A stretch of DNA of 64,000 nucleotides from Octopus vulgaris (lineage: Eukaryota): NCBI GenBank assembly GCA_951406725.2, contig OX597821.1, forward strand, positions 103,850,001 to 103,914,000. Direction: 5' to 3'. The position numbers were made by a program, and so were the translations under genes. Of the stretch, positions 40,690 to 57,178 are shown one piece after another. The notes beneath the pieces were generated by a model. The model did no database searches. It was not told the origin of the DNA and was given only the letters and a program-made list of their open reading frames with translations. The stretch's first letter is position 1. Every line of letters begins with the position of its first letter.

Positions 40690-42064
40690 TACGCTGCATG
40701 AAACTGGTTATAAATATTAATATAATGGTAGTAGACAGATATAATATTTATGTAACATTTATTACAACTAAAATATTTATCACTCAATATGGCCGCCCTT
40801 TTGGGAAATTACAATCTCCAGCGAGAACGAACTATTTTTGCAGCTGCCGCAATCCTCACCTTCTGGATTTTGCATGTCTCCCGCTCGATGCAGCTCCTCA
40901 AACTGTTGACACTTGAGTGAAGTGAAGCATTCCTCCTTGCTTGAAGTATGCCCCACTAAAAGTAATCGAGAATTTTGAGATCTTACTGAGCTATTACTGG
41001 GCCAAATTTTGGCCCTCACAAAAAATGGCACCTTTTCGCAAAGGAGGACCGGTGGAGGATTTACAACCGTGTTTCGTAGTCTGCTACCACAACTGCTCCT
41101 TTATAGGTTCCAGTTAGCTCAAGACATCATCAGGAGGAACCACGGCCGGTTTCAGCCCCTACTTCTCTACAGTTTTGACGTGGCGCCCCACCCCCCCAAA
41201 TTTGGGAGGTATCTTCAGCTCTGGTGTTGGGTGCATGTCTTCTTTGTTCTTTCTTCTGTTCCCTGGCCTCTTCGATGCATCGTCAGCGAGTGTCAGCCCG
41301 TGACTGACTGACTTGTCAAACTTTTCCCTTTAAATACCTGCCGCTAGGCTCCAGCAGACAGCCCCAGCAAGTTGTCACGTGACACTGTCTCACCTTAACT
41401 GACATGGTACGTGACACTGTCTCACCTTAACTGGCATGGTACAGAATCCTGGATAAGTACCACATTTTTAAGACCAAACTTCTCTTTCCAAGGTAATAGG
41501 AAGTTCTTTAGGATGTTCAGATAATCCTTTGAGCCGATGTTTAAGACAGACTCAATGAAGTGTGGTCCTATGACACCTACATCACTCATTACAACTCCAA
41601 ATACCATCACAGAGGTAGGGTTTTTAGTATCAAACACAGTGGGGACGAGAATTTCTGCGATACACCTCACCTTCGACAAGGAACTTCTCGTCCACAAACA
41701 CATGAGATTTTCCTGCGCCTTGATGATTGATGAACGACAGAAGCTTTGGGCGTCTCTCGGCTCTGATTGCTTTCACATTGACTGTTAGGTGACAGCGTCG
41801 AACATAACTAATCATACCAAGGTTCCTGTTCACAGCTCTGGACACCGTGGAAAGAGACATATTGTGTTCCTTTGCAAGAGCCAACATGGCTGTAGATTCT
41901 TGGATTCAATCGGCCAGAAAGAAGCATTGGATTGCGCTTCAACTCGCCTCGTGTCTTGCATTGTTTTCTATGATTATTACCCTCTTCTTTAAATTGTATA
42001 TACACGCACGATAAACCGTTGCTTTTGGAAGTTTCGTCAATTTCACAATTTTATTGGCAGTGTA
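40690..42064 (-). pseudogene. Tc1/mariner DD37D (maT)-like transposon, decayed and interrupted
   Basis: LAKEHNMSLSTVSRAV (HTH), VFVDEK, RRNSR, TKNPTSVMVFG, LLPW..LIQDS, WPSNS, LEIVISQKGGHIE*; weak TAC(A/G)CTGC termini. Confidence 0.8.
41040..41425. mobile_element. GC-richer unclassified insertion inside the transposase (possibly LTR-derived)
   Basis: Separates the QDS and WPSNS motifs; 32-bp tandem duplication 41377-41440 at the junction. Confidence 0.45.
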
Positions 42065-42372
42065 CCCGGCGCTGCCAAAACAACAATGGCGGAACGATTC
42101 TGTTATTCCATGACTTTCAGCTGTCGAATCAGTTCCCTATCTACCTAAAAGATAAAGAAGAGCATCCCATTTCCTAGCAAGCAAGGTTTTGTCAAAAAAT
42201 GGAATGTTAAACCCAAACCAACTCAGCCCACTAATAAAAATTAGTCTCGACTTATCCGCAAGACCCTGTGTTTGTATATATATATATATATATATAAACT
42301 TAGATTATATTTATATATATATATTTACTTACCACACAGCCGCTCCTGCAACTATTATTATTATTATTATTA

Positions 42373-42556
<184 letters not shown>

Positions 42557-42563
42557 CATTATT

Positions 42564-42613
<50 letters not shown>

Positions 42614-43570
42614 TATTTTAATATACAAAATAGAAACATAGATAAAAAGGCAATAGATTGATAGATGGGTACATAAATATGCTAGACAAATGCGTGAATA
42701 CGTATGCTTTGGAGCGTATAGTTATGCGAGTGAGGATATATATGCAACCCACCAAAAAGAAATAAAAAAAAAAGCAAACAAAAAAATATACAAATCAGGG
42801 TAGTTGATTATACATTTATTCTAATATGTACGGGTGAGTACCTACATTTGTGTATTTTTCTGTAAACACTTCAATAGTTGAACACACAAACATAGAGATA
42901 AAGAGATATCTAGATATCAAGAATACATGGTGGTTAGGTGTACGTACAGCCATATATCAGCGATCAACGACCTGGACTTTCCTTGCTCAACATGCCACAA
43001 GTCTTCTCATATAAAATATGTCCAACTTCCACTTTCACTTTCACTTTAACCAGTAAATGACATGTATCCATGGCCGCTATAGCATGACTGTCACTTTTAT
43101 ACATGTTCGGCCCATGTTTAAATTCACAAGCTCAACGATATTACTTTCCAGAAAATTTTAAATCTTGATAGATTCTATGCCTCTCGATGTGTCAGTAATA
43201 CTTCTTATCAAAGTCATTGTTTGAAATTCTAAATGAGATGCTTCCGTCACTGTTGCTTGTGTTATGTGTTTCTTTACACAAATCCATTATTGTACTGTGA
43301 GTTCAGTTCCTATCAATACAATTTCTGTCGTGTTGTGTGGTTGCAAGAGAGTATGGATGGCTGAAGTGTTAGGAGAGAGACAGAGGATTCGGATGACTGC
43401 GTTGTTAGAAACAATCTGACGAAAATTGTTTACATTTAATTAAGAAATATCTCTCCTTCTATATCTATTTTATTTATATGTATATTATTATATTTAAGCG
43501 CATATGTCTATTTCGTAAATTGATATATCTAAACCTACATTTATATCTATCAATCTATGTATCTCGCTAC

Positions 43571-43688
<118 letters not shown>

Positions 43689-43707
43689 ATCTGTCTGTCT
43701 GCCTGCC

Positions 43708-43772
<65 letters not shown>

Positions 43773-43773
43773 G

Positions 43774-43840
<67 letters not shown>

Positions 43841-43841
<1 letters not shown>

Positions 43842-45030
43842 AACTGCAATCATGGATCAAAAAGAGGCCGAGAAAGGACGAATGTCACCGTGAGTGTCGC
43901 GTTGCTCTCAAGCAACTCTGCCGTCCTGGGTCAACCTTGAGTGACTCCATCACAACCAAAGCATTCTATAGGGGATTAGTGGAGGGGAGGTACGACGACG
44001 AGCTCGGGGCGAACCTGGACGTCGACGAGGAATACCTGACCCGCCTGTTCGGGACGACTTTCGGGCCAGGGCCCATGGACAACTTCCAGAGATCCCTGGC
44101 CTGGCAGTGCTACCGAGAAGCGCTACCCGTTCGGGATAAGCTCTACAGACACGGCTCGAGAAACACGGGGCCGACCTACCCGAGATGCGGTCAGAGCGAC
44201 GAAACCGTGTCCAACAATTTCCGACCTGTGGGCTTATGTCGAACAACTGCTGTCACGTGTGGGACGAGTCGGTTTATCAGCTGAGTCTATCGTCAATATT
44301 GTCACGCCTCTTCCTTCAAACGGGAAGGAAGAGCTATTTTCATCATCCTTGTGGCTATGGCGAAAGAATGTATCTGGTGGACGCGTCTGAAAGGATTGGA
44401 GACACACACTTTCCTCTCTGGTCAATCTCTCATCAACTTCTTCAAGTACCACTTGAAAAGGAAAGTGAGAGTAGAGAGGCAAGTTTTGTCTAGCGAACGT
44501 TTTAAAAAAAGATGGGTGAATGTAGCAAGGATGGCACGTATGAATGACGAAGCCACCATGAGCATAATCCTATGAACCCAGAAATTGAAAACAGAGGGTT
44601 ACCCACTTGCAAACAAATGTGGTAACATATAACAATATTGACCAAGGTTACCGTGGTCTTTTTCGTAGGCTTTTCTTCCCACGGATAAACCTTACTTGCT
44701 TTCCCCTTTACACCATACATCATGACACTGTGATACACGATCCCTATTGATCGCTTTTTTCCTCTCCCCCTTTTTTCCTCTTTTTTCTTCTTTTTTCATT
44801 TTTCTTTTCTTTTTTTCCCTTTTTTCTTTTTTTCCTTTTCCTTTTTCTTTTTTCTTTTTTCTTTTCCTTTTTTTCTTTTTTTCTTTTTTTCTTTTTTTTG
44901 TTCTTTTTTCCCTTTTACGATCCCTTTTGATCGAAAACCTACGCCACCCTTTTTTTTTCTTCCCCAAAAGAAAAGCTCTACCTTGTAACTTGTCCCATCT
45001 GTGTGCAGCCCTGGTGGCCAATAAAGAAAC
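43841..45030 (+). mobile_element. Tx1/L1-clade LINE 3' fragment in (TATC)n
   Basis: RSLAWQCYREALPVRDKL..PRCGQSDETV..MAKECIWWTR..RFKKRW (zf-RVT-type C-terminus); UTR ends AATAAAGAAAC then (TATC)n. Confidence 0.85.
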
Positions 45031-45148
<118 letters not shown>

Positions 45149-45277
45149 CTCTATCTCTCTATCTCTCTATCTATCTATCTCTCTATCTCTTTCTCTCTCT
45201 CTATCTATCTCTCTCTCTATCTTTCCATCCATCCATCCATCCATCTATCTATCTATTTATCTATTATCTATCTATCT

Positions 45278-45882
45278 CAGCCAAGTCTATCGTTAATATT
45301 GTCACGTCTCCTTCCTTCAAACGGGAAGGAAGAGCTATTTTCATCATCCTTGTGGGTATGGCGAAATAATGTATCTGGTGGACGCGTCTGACAGGATTGG
45401 AGACAAACACTTTCCTTCTGGTCAATCTCTCATCAACTTCTTCAAGTATCACTTGAAAAGGAAAGTGAGAGTAGAGAGGCAAGTTTTGTCTAGCGAATGT
45501 TTAAAAAAAAAGATGGGTGAATGTAGCAAGGTTGTCACGTATGGATGACGAAGCCACCTTGAGCATAATCCTATGAAGCCGGAAAATTTAAAACAAATGG
45601 TTACCTACTTGCAAACAAATGTGGTAACATGCAACATTATTGACCGAGGTTATCGTGGTCTTTTCCGTAGGCTTTTCTTTCCACGGATAAATCTTATCTG
45701 TTCCCCCTTTACACTTTACATCATGACATTTCTGTGATTCACGATCGTTTTTTTCTTTCACTTTCACGATCCCTTTTGATCGAAAACCTACCCCACTTTT
45801 TTTTTCTCTTCCCAAAAAAGAAAAGATCTACTTTTTAATCTGTCCCGTCTGTGTGCAGCCCTGTGTGGCTAATAAAAAAACA
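45278..45882 (+). mobile_element. Second, more truncated Tx1-like copy in the same (TATC)n field
   Basis: Colinear with 44277-45030; ends AATAAAAAAACATATCTATC. Confidence 0.85.
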
Positions 45883-45983
45883 TATCTATCTTTCTCTTTC
45901 TCTCTCTTTCTCACTCTTGCTCTTTAACTCTCCCTGTATCTCTCTGTTTACTTACGTACGTACGTACCGACCTATCCACCTCC

Positions 45984-46063
<80 letters not shown>

Positions 46064-46145
46064 TTATCTATGTCTGTCTTTCTGTCTGTCTGTCCGTTCG
46101 TCCGCCCGTCCGCCCGGCTGTCCATTTATCCATCCATCCATCCAT

Positions 46146-46211
<66 letters not shown>

Positions 46212-46753
46212 CTATTTTTCTCACTCTCTAACTCCCTCTCTGTCTCTCTCTTTTTACTTATGTACGTACGTATTACCTACCTACCTACCTACAAAACTTA
46301 CCCACCTACCTAGTTAGCTACTTACCTCCTTATCTACCTACCTACCTACCTACCTACCTACCTACCTACCTACCTACCAACCTATCTACCTATCTATCAA
46401 TCTATCTCTCTATCTACATCCATACATACATCCATCCATCCCTCCCTCCATCCATCCGTCCGTCCATCCATCCATCCATCCATCCATGCATACATACATA
46501 CATACATACATACATACATACATACATACATACATACATACATACATACATACATACATACATACATACATACATACACACATAAAATCGATATTGAAAT
46601 GCCTTACAAATAAATTCTATTCGTTGGACTGCGCTCGTCAAGATTTGAGAAACTGAAAATGCATTCAGATTCATTTCAAAGAGATGTATAGCCATCCATT
46701 TCGCGTTATGAAAGCTTTGCTCCCTTGAGAGCATTGCGGCAAAGCAGGGTACC

Positions 46754-46977
46754 TATTTCTTTATTACCCACAAAGAGCTAAACACAGAGGGGACAAACAA
46801 GGAAAGACATGGGTATTAAGTCGATTACATCGACCCCAGTGCGTAACTGGTACTTAATTTATCGACCCCGAAAGGATGAAAGGCAAAGTCGACCTCGGCG
46901 GAATTTGAACTCACAACGTAACGCAGACGAAATACCGCTAAGCACTTCGCCCGGCGTGCTAACGTTTCTGCCAGCTC
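46754..46977 (-). mobile_element. Family A SINE with ~18-bp TSD
   Basis: GCGGCAAA(G/T)CAGGGTACC at 46736-46753 and 46978-46995. Confidence 0.9.
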
Positions 46978-47132
46978 GCGGCAAATCAGGGTACCGATGA
47001 TATCTAACCCCACCACACTACACACAAACGCATACAAGTATACACACGCACATACATATATATACACACACCCGTTTGTTGTTGACTGTGAGAAAAAGTG
47101 TATTCGATACGATTGTAAAGATTTAAAATATA

Positions 47133-47345
47133 TTGGGTTGTCCGGAAAGTTCGTGCCGATTTATAGTAGCTTACTTGTCGACTTATTTTAGAATATGGTT
47201 GTGTTCATAAAATAGGATTTGACTACACCTCCATTTAGAGCACAGTTATTGAGGTCTCTGCAGAATAGTCTTAATGGTAAAAATTTCAATGTATTGACAG
47301 TTTTCTTTCCTTCAAAAATCGGCACGAACTTTCCGGACAACCCAA
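47133..47345. mobile_element. Mariner-derived MITE
   Basis: Perfect 30-bp TIR TTGGGTTGTCCGGAAAGTTCGTGCCGATTT with TA on both sides. Confidence 0.92.
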
Positions 47346-47355
47346 TATATTATTA

Positions 47356-47572
47356 AGGCAAGGAGATGGCATAACCGTTAGCAAGGTGAGAATAATGTTC
47401 AACGTCATTTCATCTGTCATTACGTTCTCAGTTCAAATTCCACTGAGATCGACTTTGCTTTTCATCCTTTAGGGGTTGATAGTATAAGGACCAGTTGGGT
47501 ACTGGGGTCGATATAAGAGACTTATTACCTCTCCCGAGCTTTCTGGTCTTGGGCAAAAATTTTAAACCAATA
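47356..47572 (+). mobile_element. Family A SINE, diverged
   Basis: GTTCAAATTCC..GACTTTGCTTTTCATCCTTTAGGGGTTGATA. Confidence 0.8.
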
Positions 47573-48034
47573 ATATATATATTATTTGGGTCGAGTCACG
47601 TGTCATAACATCCTTGAAAATCCTTTAAACCCACAGGTGAAACTCAGAGTAGCAAGTGAGTAAACTTGACCAACATAGAATATGCATATATCAAAGTATA
47701 CTAATGTAGAATGTTTGTAGAATTTCATTGCCGCTTACGTCTCCTACACATTTTGAAGAACGTTGTCTATGTATCGGTTTTCCATCTTAGTTTCACATGT
47801 TGGAACTCAATTATATTAAGACCTCTGCAAATAGTACGAAAGAATATGGAATCGTATACTTTCCGCTTCCCTGTCGATTTAAGTATTATAATTAATATCT
47901 AGAAGCAGAATGTTATAAGAACCCAACCGTTCAAGTGTATACTCATTAAAGAAATATTACATACAGAATTATGATTTATATATAAACCCGGAGGAGAGGA
48001 GGTGAAAGAGAAAGAGAGAGAATGAGAGGGTGTA

Positions 48035-48076
<42 letters not shown>

Positions 48077-48801
48077 GAAGAAGGAGGGAAGAAGAAGAGA
48101 GGGAAAAAGAAAGGGAGAGAAAGTATCATGACGAAAATAGATTCAAAATGGCTGAAATATCAGTAAGTGTCTTGTGTTCTTCATTGACAGAATTATGCGG
48201 ACAATATTCAAATTATACGTTCTAAAGTAACAGAGAAGAGAGAAGAGAGTAGAGAGCCCGCTGTTTCTAAAGCTCAAATTGCTTGAGTTAATAGGAAGTT
48301 AAAATAAACAAGTAACTAAATATATAAATATATATATAATAAGAAAAATAAATAAATAAAATACAACAGACAAATGAATTCATAATAGTTAAAGCAAAAT
48401 GAAGTACGTGACAAAAAATTAAAGAAAACAACTAAATACGGGACAGAAAAATATATGAATGGAAGTCTAGACGAAATTTCTCAAAAGAACTGCTGGGTAT
48501 TCTGCTTAAATAGAAACAAGCGTACTGGTCCCACAAACGCTGGTACACTACCGAATGAAGAAATACATACGCATTTTAGAGTCGTTCCTGAATGACTATT
48601 TAAAATACAAGCATAGATATATATAGGTGAGGTAAGAAGCTTGCTTCCCAACCAGATATCTCCGGATTCAGTCCCACTGCATGGCACTTGGAGAAAGTGC
48701 CTTCTACTTATAGCCTCGAACGTACCAAAGATTTGTAAGAGGATTTGGTAGACAGAACCTGCAAGAAGCTCGCTGTATATATATATGTATATATATATAT
48801 G

Positions 48802-48838
<37 letters not shown>

Positions 48839-48849
48839 TTATAACAAAG

Positions 48850-49100
48850 ACGTTTTTTGCCATATATGAGTTACAAATACTGTTGTCTGCGGAGACATAT
48901 TTTTGTAGTAAAAGAAATAGCAGTACTCTGGATGCTATTTCTAAAACTTTCGGTATGTGGTCTAGCAACTTGTTGCAAAGACCCTCATTGTTATAATTAT
49001 ATAAACTTTTACCGAATATGGTCCTTTTCCATACCGAAATACTATGAGTTGAAATTTCATGGTTTTATTAAATTAATTATATTTCACCCTTTATCTGTAA
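48850..49100 (+). mobile_element. PLE-like 3' end with tail; inverted relative at 62326-62565
   Basis: 48858-49000 matches the reverse complement of 62326-62467; both loci end in ATTAAATTAATTATATTTCACCCTTTAT. Confidence 0.65.
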
Positions 49101-49126
49101 TGTATATATATATATATATATATATC

Positions 49127-49380
49127 ATAAGGGTGACAAGTTGAATATTAATTTGATTAATATCAATTTAGAACCAGTGGTTTCTAGCATATTAAAATCT
49201 GGAGATCCAGAAAAATTATATTACATACATGTAAGAGGGATGACCACTACGAGTACATCCATTAAGCTAGAAGTAGATCCGCTATGGTCTTACCATTAAG
49301 AAAGGAATGTTCTGAAGAAAATTTAGCAAACGCCAGAACGTAAGCGAGCAAGACAAATGAAAAGTAACAAAACATATATT
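49127..49380 (-). mobile_element. PLE-like 3' end (same family as 59640-60362)
   Basis: Colinear with 60077-60281 and 59645-59795; flanked by (TA)n. Confidence 0.75.
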
Positions 49381-49391
49381 TGTTTCTTTTC

Positions 49392-49472
<81 letters not shown>

Positions 49473-50794
49473 TATATATACATATATATATATACATATA
49501 TACACATAGAAACATAGATATACATATATATATGTATATATACAAATATAGATACATACATACATACATATATACATACATACATACATACATACATTCA
49601 TACATAAATGCATACATACATAAAGAGATAGATATAAATATATAGATAGATACAGATATGAACACATACACACACATATACTTACAAGTGGAAGAAAAGA
49701 AAAAAGAAAACGAACGTGATATTAAGAATGGAGATGCCAGCACAAGATATTGAAAGCTTGCTAGAACATACCTTCATAATGATTTTCTTAATTAGGCTAA
49801 TCATTATATAAGTATCAGTTAAGTGCATCTTCAAGAACGGATTACGAGAGAGAAGCTGCATAAGAAATCTGTAATTTAATGTGCTGTGACAGACAGATGG
49901 GCGGATACACGTACATATTGATAGACTAAATATTTAAGAAATTACATAGAAACCCCCCCACCAAAAAGACGTATAAGACGTTTCGGCCAAAACGGTGTTG
50001 CTGTGTTTGACATTTGACGTTTTGATTTTTCTTTATCATTTTCATTCTCTCTCTCTATTTGTGTGTGTTAGGAGTTTTCTCTTTACGTATATGTGAAATT
50101 GGAAAGTGTTTATTCTGATCGTGTTCAGTTCATAAATTTTAATGTAACTCTCTCCTTCTTTTTCTCTCCCGCACTCTCTCTCTCTCTCTCCATGTCTGTA
50201 TCTCTTTGTGTATAGTACTGCGCATTCGAGGGTAGGTGTGTGCGTTAATTATTTTCCTCCAGTGAAAAAAAACAACAACCTACTGCTGCCAAAACAACGT
50301 TCGAGCGTTCACCCCGCCTTGTCAAATATCCACACAATCGGGTACAATGCTTTTATTCCGAAAGAGAGATATGCACAGATAAACAGTCAAATGAAGCTCC
50401 AAAAAATTAGACATAATGTTGAGTTGTTATATAACTAACAAGATGGACAAAGCGTTATGGCAAACAGGTGGAACCTAAGACAATTACAATTGCCTGAAAA
50501 TATTTCTGACTTTATGAAGCACAAAAACGTAACTTCCATTTCTTGATTCTGTCCCACCACTTCATTGTTCATTCCACAATGTTATCTTAATCTTCATTGT
50601 TTAATACTTTTGTTTTATAAACTCTTATTTAAATAATATTATGCATATGTTTTCAATCATTTTTATCCATATTGTTTGCTAAATTCTTTATAATTTCCCC
50701 CCTCTTTCTATTCCCCAAAACTCTCTACAATTCCTGATAACAACAATTCGACATTTTTCTCAATTAAATCTTTCTAGGCTTGTGGTTGTGTGTG

Positions 50795-50896
<102 letters not shown>

Positions 50897-51114
50897 ACAC
50901 ACACACGCACACGAAAGCGCGAGCATACACACTGTGGCTTAGTTGCTTTTGTTATCCTCATTGTGTTGTTACAACTTCTAGATTTTAGCTTCGTTTCTGT
51001 GATTTTTCTTTTCATATTATATTACTCTATGGAAACTCCTCCATACAAATTTTTTTTACTTTCTTATAATAGAAATAATTTCTGAGAATTTCGCTTGCTT
51101 CAGATACAAGCACA

Positions 51115-51196
<82 letters not shown>

Positions 51197-51275
51197 TGAG
51201 TATGCGTGTCTGTGTATTTAGTCGTATACATTGATAAACACACACACTTTTGTATATATATATAGATATATATTT

Positions 51276-51307
<32 letters not shown>

Positions 51308-51488
51308 AGACAGAGGGAGAGGGAGAGGGACAGATAGAAGGAGAGTAAGCGTGTGTGAGAGATAAAGGTTTATATATAACTATTTATATTGAAATATATA
51401 TTGATAAGTAAATCTATCAATAAAAACATACATATATATATATATATATGTGTGTGTACATATGTGTATACGGATGTATGTATATATA

Positions 51489-51535
<47 letters not shown>

Positions 51536-51630
51536 TATTGATAGATAGATATATAGATTGATAGATAGAAAGATATATATATAATAGATATATACGTACA
51601 TATATATAAATGTGTGTATACATACATGCA

Positions 51631-51735
<105 letters not shown>

Positions 51736-52235
51736 ATACATATATACATATTTATACACGCGACACTAGTCAGCGTCCACAAGGAAAACAATTGAGTTAG
51801 TGATATAAAAATACACATTTACGCACACATATATACATACATACATAAACATACCAGGCAAAACAATGATTGAGTCTTCAAATGTAAGCTTTCTAATCTC
51901 TTAATCTATATAATTCATTTAATATAAGAAACATTTTGTGAAAAGGAAAGCAAAACAAATGAAGAAAACAAAAAGAAGATAGGAAAAAAGAAAACGATAG
52001 ATGTGGAAAGCGTGTGCATGTGACTGGGTACTTGGCGGATAGTGTGCGTGTCGGTTTTCCGTTGGAAACTAAATTACCAAACAACCGGAGACACACCTTT
52101 TCTTCATTGAGTCATTCTCGGTAACGTTCCATTAATTAGCATTTCTCATTTCGGTCTTTCACAATATATCTGTCTATCTGTTGGTTTCATTGTCTCTTTA
52201 TAACGTAAATGTGTACATACGTATGTTGAATATAC

Positions 52236-52299
<64 letters not shown>

Positions 52300-52468
52300 T
52301 ATGTATGTATATATTTACGTGTGTATGTCTGTGTGCGCGCACTTACACCACATAAATAATTTATATGAATATATGCATGTAGAGATATATGTGTATATAC
52401 ATACATGTAACATTTATATAAACAAGTATGCATAATATTTGCGCATATCCGTACACATATATACTATT

Positions 52469-52509
<41 letters not shown>

Positions 52510-52882
52510 CACACACACATATATTTATATAGAAATATATAATTGTCTTCAAATACACCCTTATGTATGACAGAATATAAATGTAAATATATATGAATAT
52601 ATGTATATACATGCATGTATGCATGTATATATATACATACATAAATACGTATATATATATATATATATATACACATATATACATATACATATATATACAC
52701 ACGTATACACATAATAAATACATAAACACACAGGCGAGCACGCATATATATATATATATGTAACTGTATGGAAGTATAGGATACTGACATTCACAGACAG
52801 ATACAACAGAAGCGCATACGCTAAAATAACAATAAATACGCAAAGATATAAATCGTCATGTATATGTAGAAGCACATAGAAT

Positions 52883-52962
<80 letters not shown>

Positions 52963-53186
52963 CATAGATAGGTAGATACGCATGAAGGACATAGAAGAAA
53001 CCCATACACATGTACACACCGACGCACACAAATACGTATTCTTTTGTGCCTCAGTTGGTGTTCTCGAGAAACAGAAAATTCTTCGAAGACTATTGAAACC
53101 AGGCATTGTAAAGAAAGTCGGACAGCTACACGAAGGAGGAGGTAGGGAAGGCGACGGAAGACAGAAGAGGAACGAAGGAGATAACG

Positions 53187-53219
<33 letters not shown>

Positions 53220-53753
53220 AACGACGACGACGACTACGGCGATGACGACGATGAGGCTGAGGACGAGGAGTTGGGGGTGGCGAGGGGGTTTAAGGATATG
53301 GAGGAGAAAGAGGAAAGCGATATGAGATGAAGAAGGAGAAGAAGGTGATGAGGAAGAAGAAGAAGAAGAAGATCAAGATGAACTCTATTGTTAATTCTTT
53401 TTACTCGCAAATACTTAAAAACCACCGAAAACACAAGGCAGGGAGAAAAGACTTGAAACAAAAAAAGAAAACAAAACAAAAAAAAAAAACGAAAGGAATA
53501 ACAAATTATGAAAATAAAAATAAAAATAAAAATAAAAATAAAAAAACATGTAAAATTTATAATAATAATAATCTATAGTATTTCGTAAACAACATTAGAA
53601 TCTGCTTGTTATGCTTCACTGAACAGAAGGTTTTTATTCTCCTACAACACTCACACTGCCACCCAAATATTTCCATCGTATAAATACAGATATATACGCA
53701 TATGTTCATATATATAAACATGCATGTATATATCTATAAATGTATGTAGATGT

Positions 53754-53785
<32 letters not shown>

Positions 53786-53836
53786 GAATATATGCATATA
53801 TATATACATATGTATGCATATATGTATATGTATGTG

Positions 53837-53888
<52 letters not shown>

Positions 53889-53917
53889 TAAATACTTATA
53901 TATATATCTATATATAT

Positions 53918-54024
<107 letters not shown>

Positions 54025-54043
54025 TATATGTGTGTGTATATAC

Positions 54044-54082
<39 letters not shown>

Positions 54083-54394
54083 ATATGATATTACGCCTTC
54101 AACCTTCTTGTATTTTCTATTGTTATCGAAAAAGGAAAATAATGTTTTAAAGGATATGTGGAAAAACAACAGCAACAACTGCAACAACAGCAACAACAAC
54201 AACAAACAAACAAACAACAGCAGCAGCAGCAGCAGCAGCAGCAACGACAACAACAGCAGCAGTAGCAGCAACAACGACGACGACAACGATAACAATAGCA
54301 TGAATAACATTAGGAAAACGAAAGAGAAAACACGAACAAAGCTTAAAATGAAATAAAATTTAGTAAACAGCAGCAAATTCAGTTATTACTATTT

Positions 54395-54453
<59 letters not shown>

Positions 54454-54982
54454 GTGATTACAATGTTTTTTCTTTACATTCTTCATTATACCTCTATAAA
54501 CTGTTGATACGCCAGTATTTTTAATTTCACTTTCGTTTTACACTGTTAGATTTGCCTTGAACTTCACTTGGTTGGTTATCAGCCATTACAAATATTTCAA
54601 CAGCACGGAACGCATAGCACATCGGCACGCCTCATTCCCTTTTAACTTATTCATTGTCTTTCTTCGTCATTCATCACTCTTCTACGTCCTCTCGCTCACT
54701 CACCTACTCTCTCCTCTCAACACTCTCTCGTTTATGTGTAGGCATGTGTGTGTATGTATATATTTATATTTATGTATACGCACGCATAAGCAGATAGATA
54801 AACACACACGCACACACACATATATATATATACATACACACATAGTTGAATACCAGTACACCGTACATACAAACCAAACATATATGTGTGTGTCTTTGTG
54901 TGAGTGTCTCTGTGTTCGTTTTTGTATACATATGCCGTAAAATATAGTACATATACATACATATCCATATATATATTCTATA

Positions 54983-55064
<82 letters not shown>

Positions 55065-55072
55065 TATATGTA

Positions 55073-55116
<44 letters not shown>

Positions 55117-55118
55117 AT

Positions 55119-55154
<36 letters not shown>

Positions 55155-55170
55155 GACATTTATATATATG

Positions 55171-55231
<61 letters not shown>

Positions 55232-55323
55232 ATATATGCATATATACATATATATGTTTGTAGGCATTTTCTTATGTACAAATACCTAATATGTGTGTAT
55301 TTGTATATATATATATATATGTA

Positions 55324-55373
<50 letters not shown>

Positions 55374-55804
55374 TATATATATGTCCAAACCACTTTTATC
55401 ACATTCTGGCACTATTTATGCGTACCTCAAGCTCCCGCATCCCCTTCTTCCGGACAAGTTAATTTAATTTTTTCTCCATCTTTATTTCTCTAAATTTCTC
55501 CACACCTCTCTTACATCCTCCAACTCCTTTCTCACTCACTGTCTCCTCTTCGTACCACCCCCCTCCAGCTACTCTACCACTTTCTTTACATACTTCTGAA
55601 ACCCACCTTCCCCCTTTTTGTTCCTTCATTGCCACTAATTTTCTTTATTTTTTAAAGAAATTATTTCCCCTTTTACACTTCTTCAATTTCTCACCCTGTC
55701 TCAACATATCTCGCATCAACTTACTCATATTATTCCATAGATCTATCTCACATTCTTTCTATAAATCACTCTCAAGTAAAACATATCCTTCCTATGTCTC
55801 TCTG

Positions 55805-55840
<36 letters not shown>

Positions 55841-56151
55841 TCTTCCTCTCTTGCCGATCATTAAGATAGGTTTACAAATATAATACTGGCATAATTTGCG
55901 CATTTTCTGGGTTCTTTCATTCGGTCTTAATTTTATCGATTGTCAAAAGTTTTGCTTCTTGCTTTTGCTCTTGATTGCACGAATGCAGGGGAGGGACTGA
56001 GTGTTGGAGAAAGAGATACATTTACCTACATAGACATACTTACAGCGACCATTCTTATTCCTGTACATACGCACACAAAGACAGACACACGTATTTGCAT
56101 GTATCCGTATGGAAATACATACATACATACATACATACATACATACATACA

Positions 56152-56242
<91 letters not shown>

Positions 56243-56357
56243 GCATATATATATATATGTGTGCGTGTGTATATGTCTATATATATATATACATGCATAT
56301 ATATATATATGTATATGTTAATATACATATACATATATATAAATATGATTTATATAT

Positions 56358-56395
<38 letters not shown>

Positions 56396-56677
56396 GAATA
56401 TACATATGTATATATAGCTATATATAATATATACATACAAATATATGAAAACATATATATATATATGTATATACATATAAATATATATGTATATATACGC
56501 ATGATTGTACATATGTGCTATATATTATTGAATTACACAAGCATACAGTCTGACACGCATACATATGTATGTATATACGTGTACTATGTCTATGTGTATA
56601 TATTTTTGCATGTATATATATATATGTATTTGCATATGTGTATGTATAAATATATATATATATGTACACACACACAA

Positions 56678-56710
<33 letters not shown>

Positions 56711-57008
56711 CACACACATATATATTGTGTGTGATTGACATAGCGAGAAAGAGAGGGACATAAAAATAAGAAAGGACTAAATTAGCAATAATAAATTGAA
56801 TAACGGAACCAAAAGGATTGGAAAAGACATAGAAGTACTTAAGGGAAAGAGAAATGCGACGTACCTAACTAGAAGGAACATATGGAATGATACATACATA
56901 CTTACATACATATATATGCATATATATGTATATATATATATATATATGTATATATACGTTTACATATTTATATATGTGTAAATATGCATATATATGTCGA
57001 TATATGTG

Positions 57009-57074
<66 letters not shown>

Positions 57075-57095
57075 TATATATATATTGATATATAT

Positions 57096-57178
<83 letters not shown>

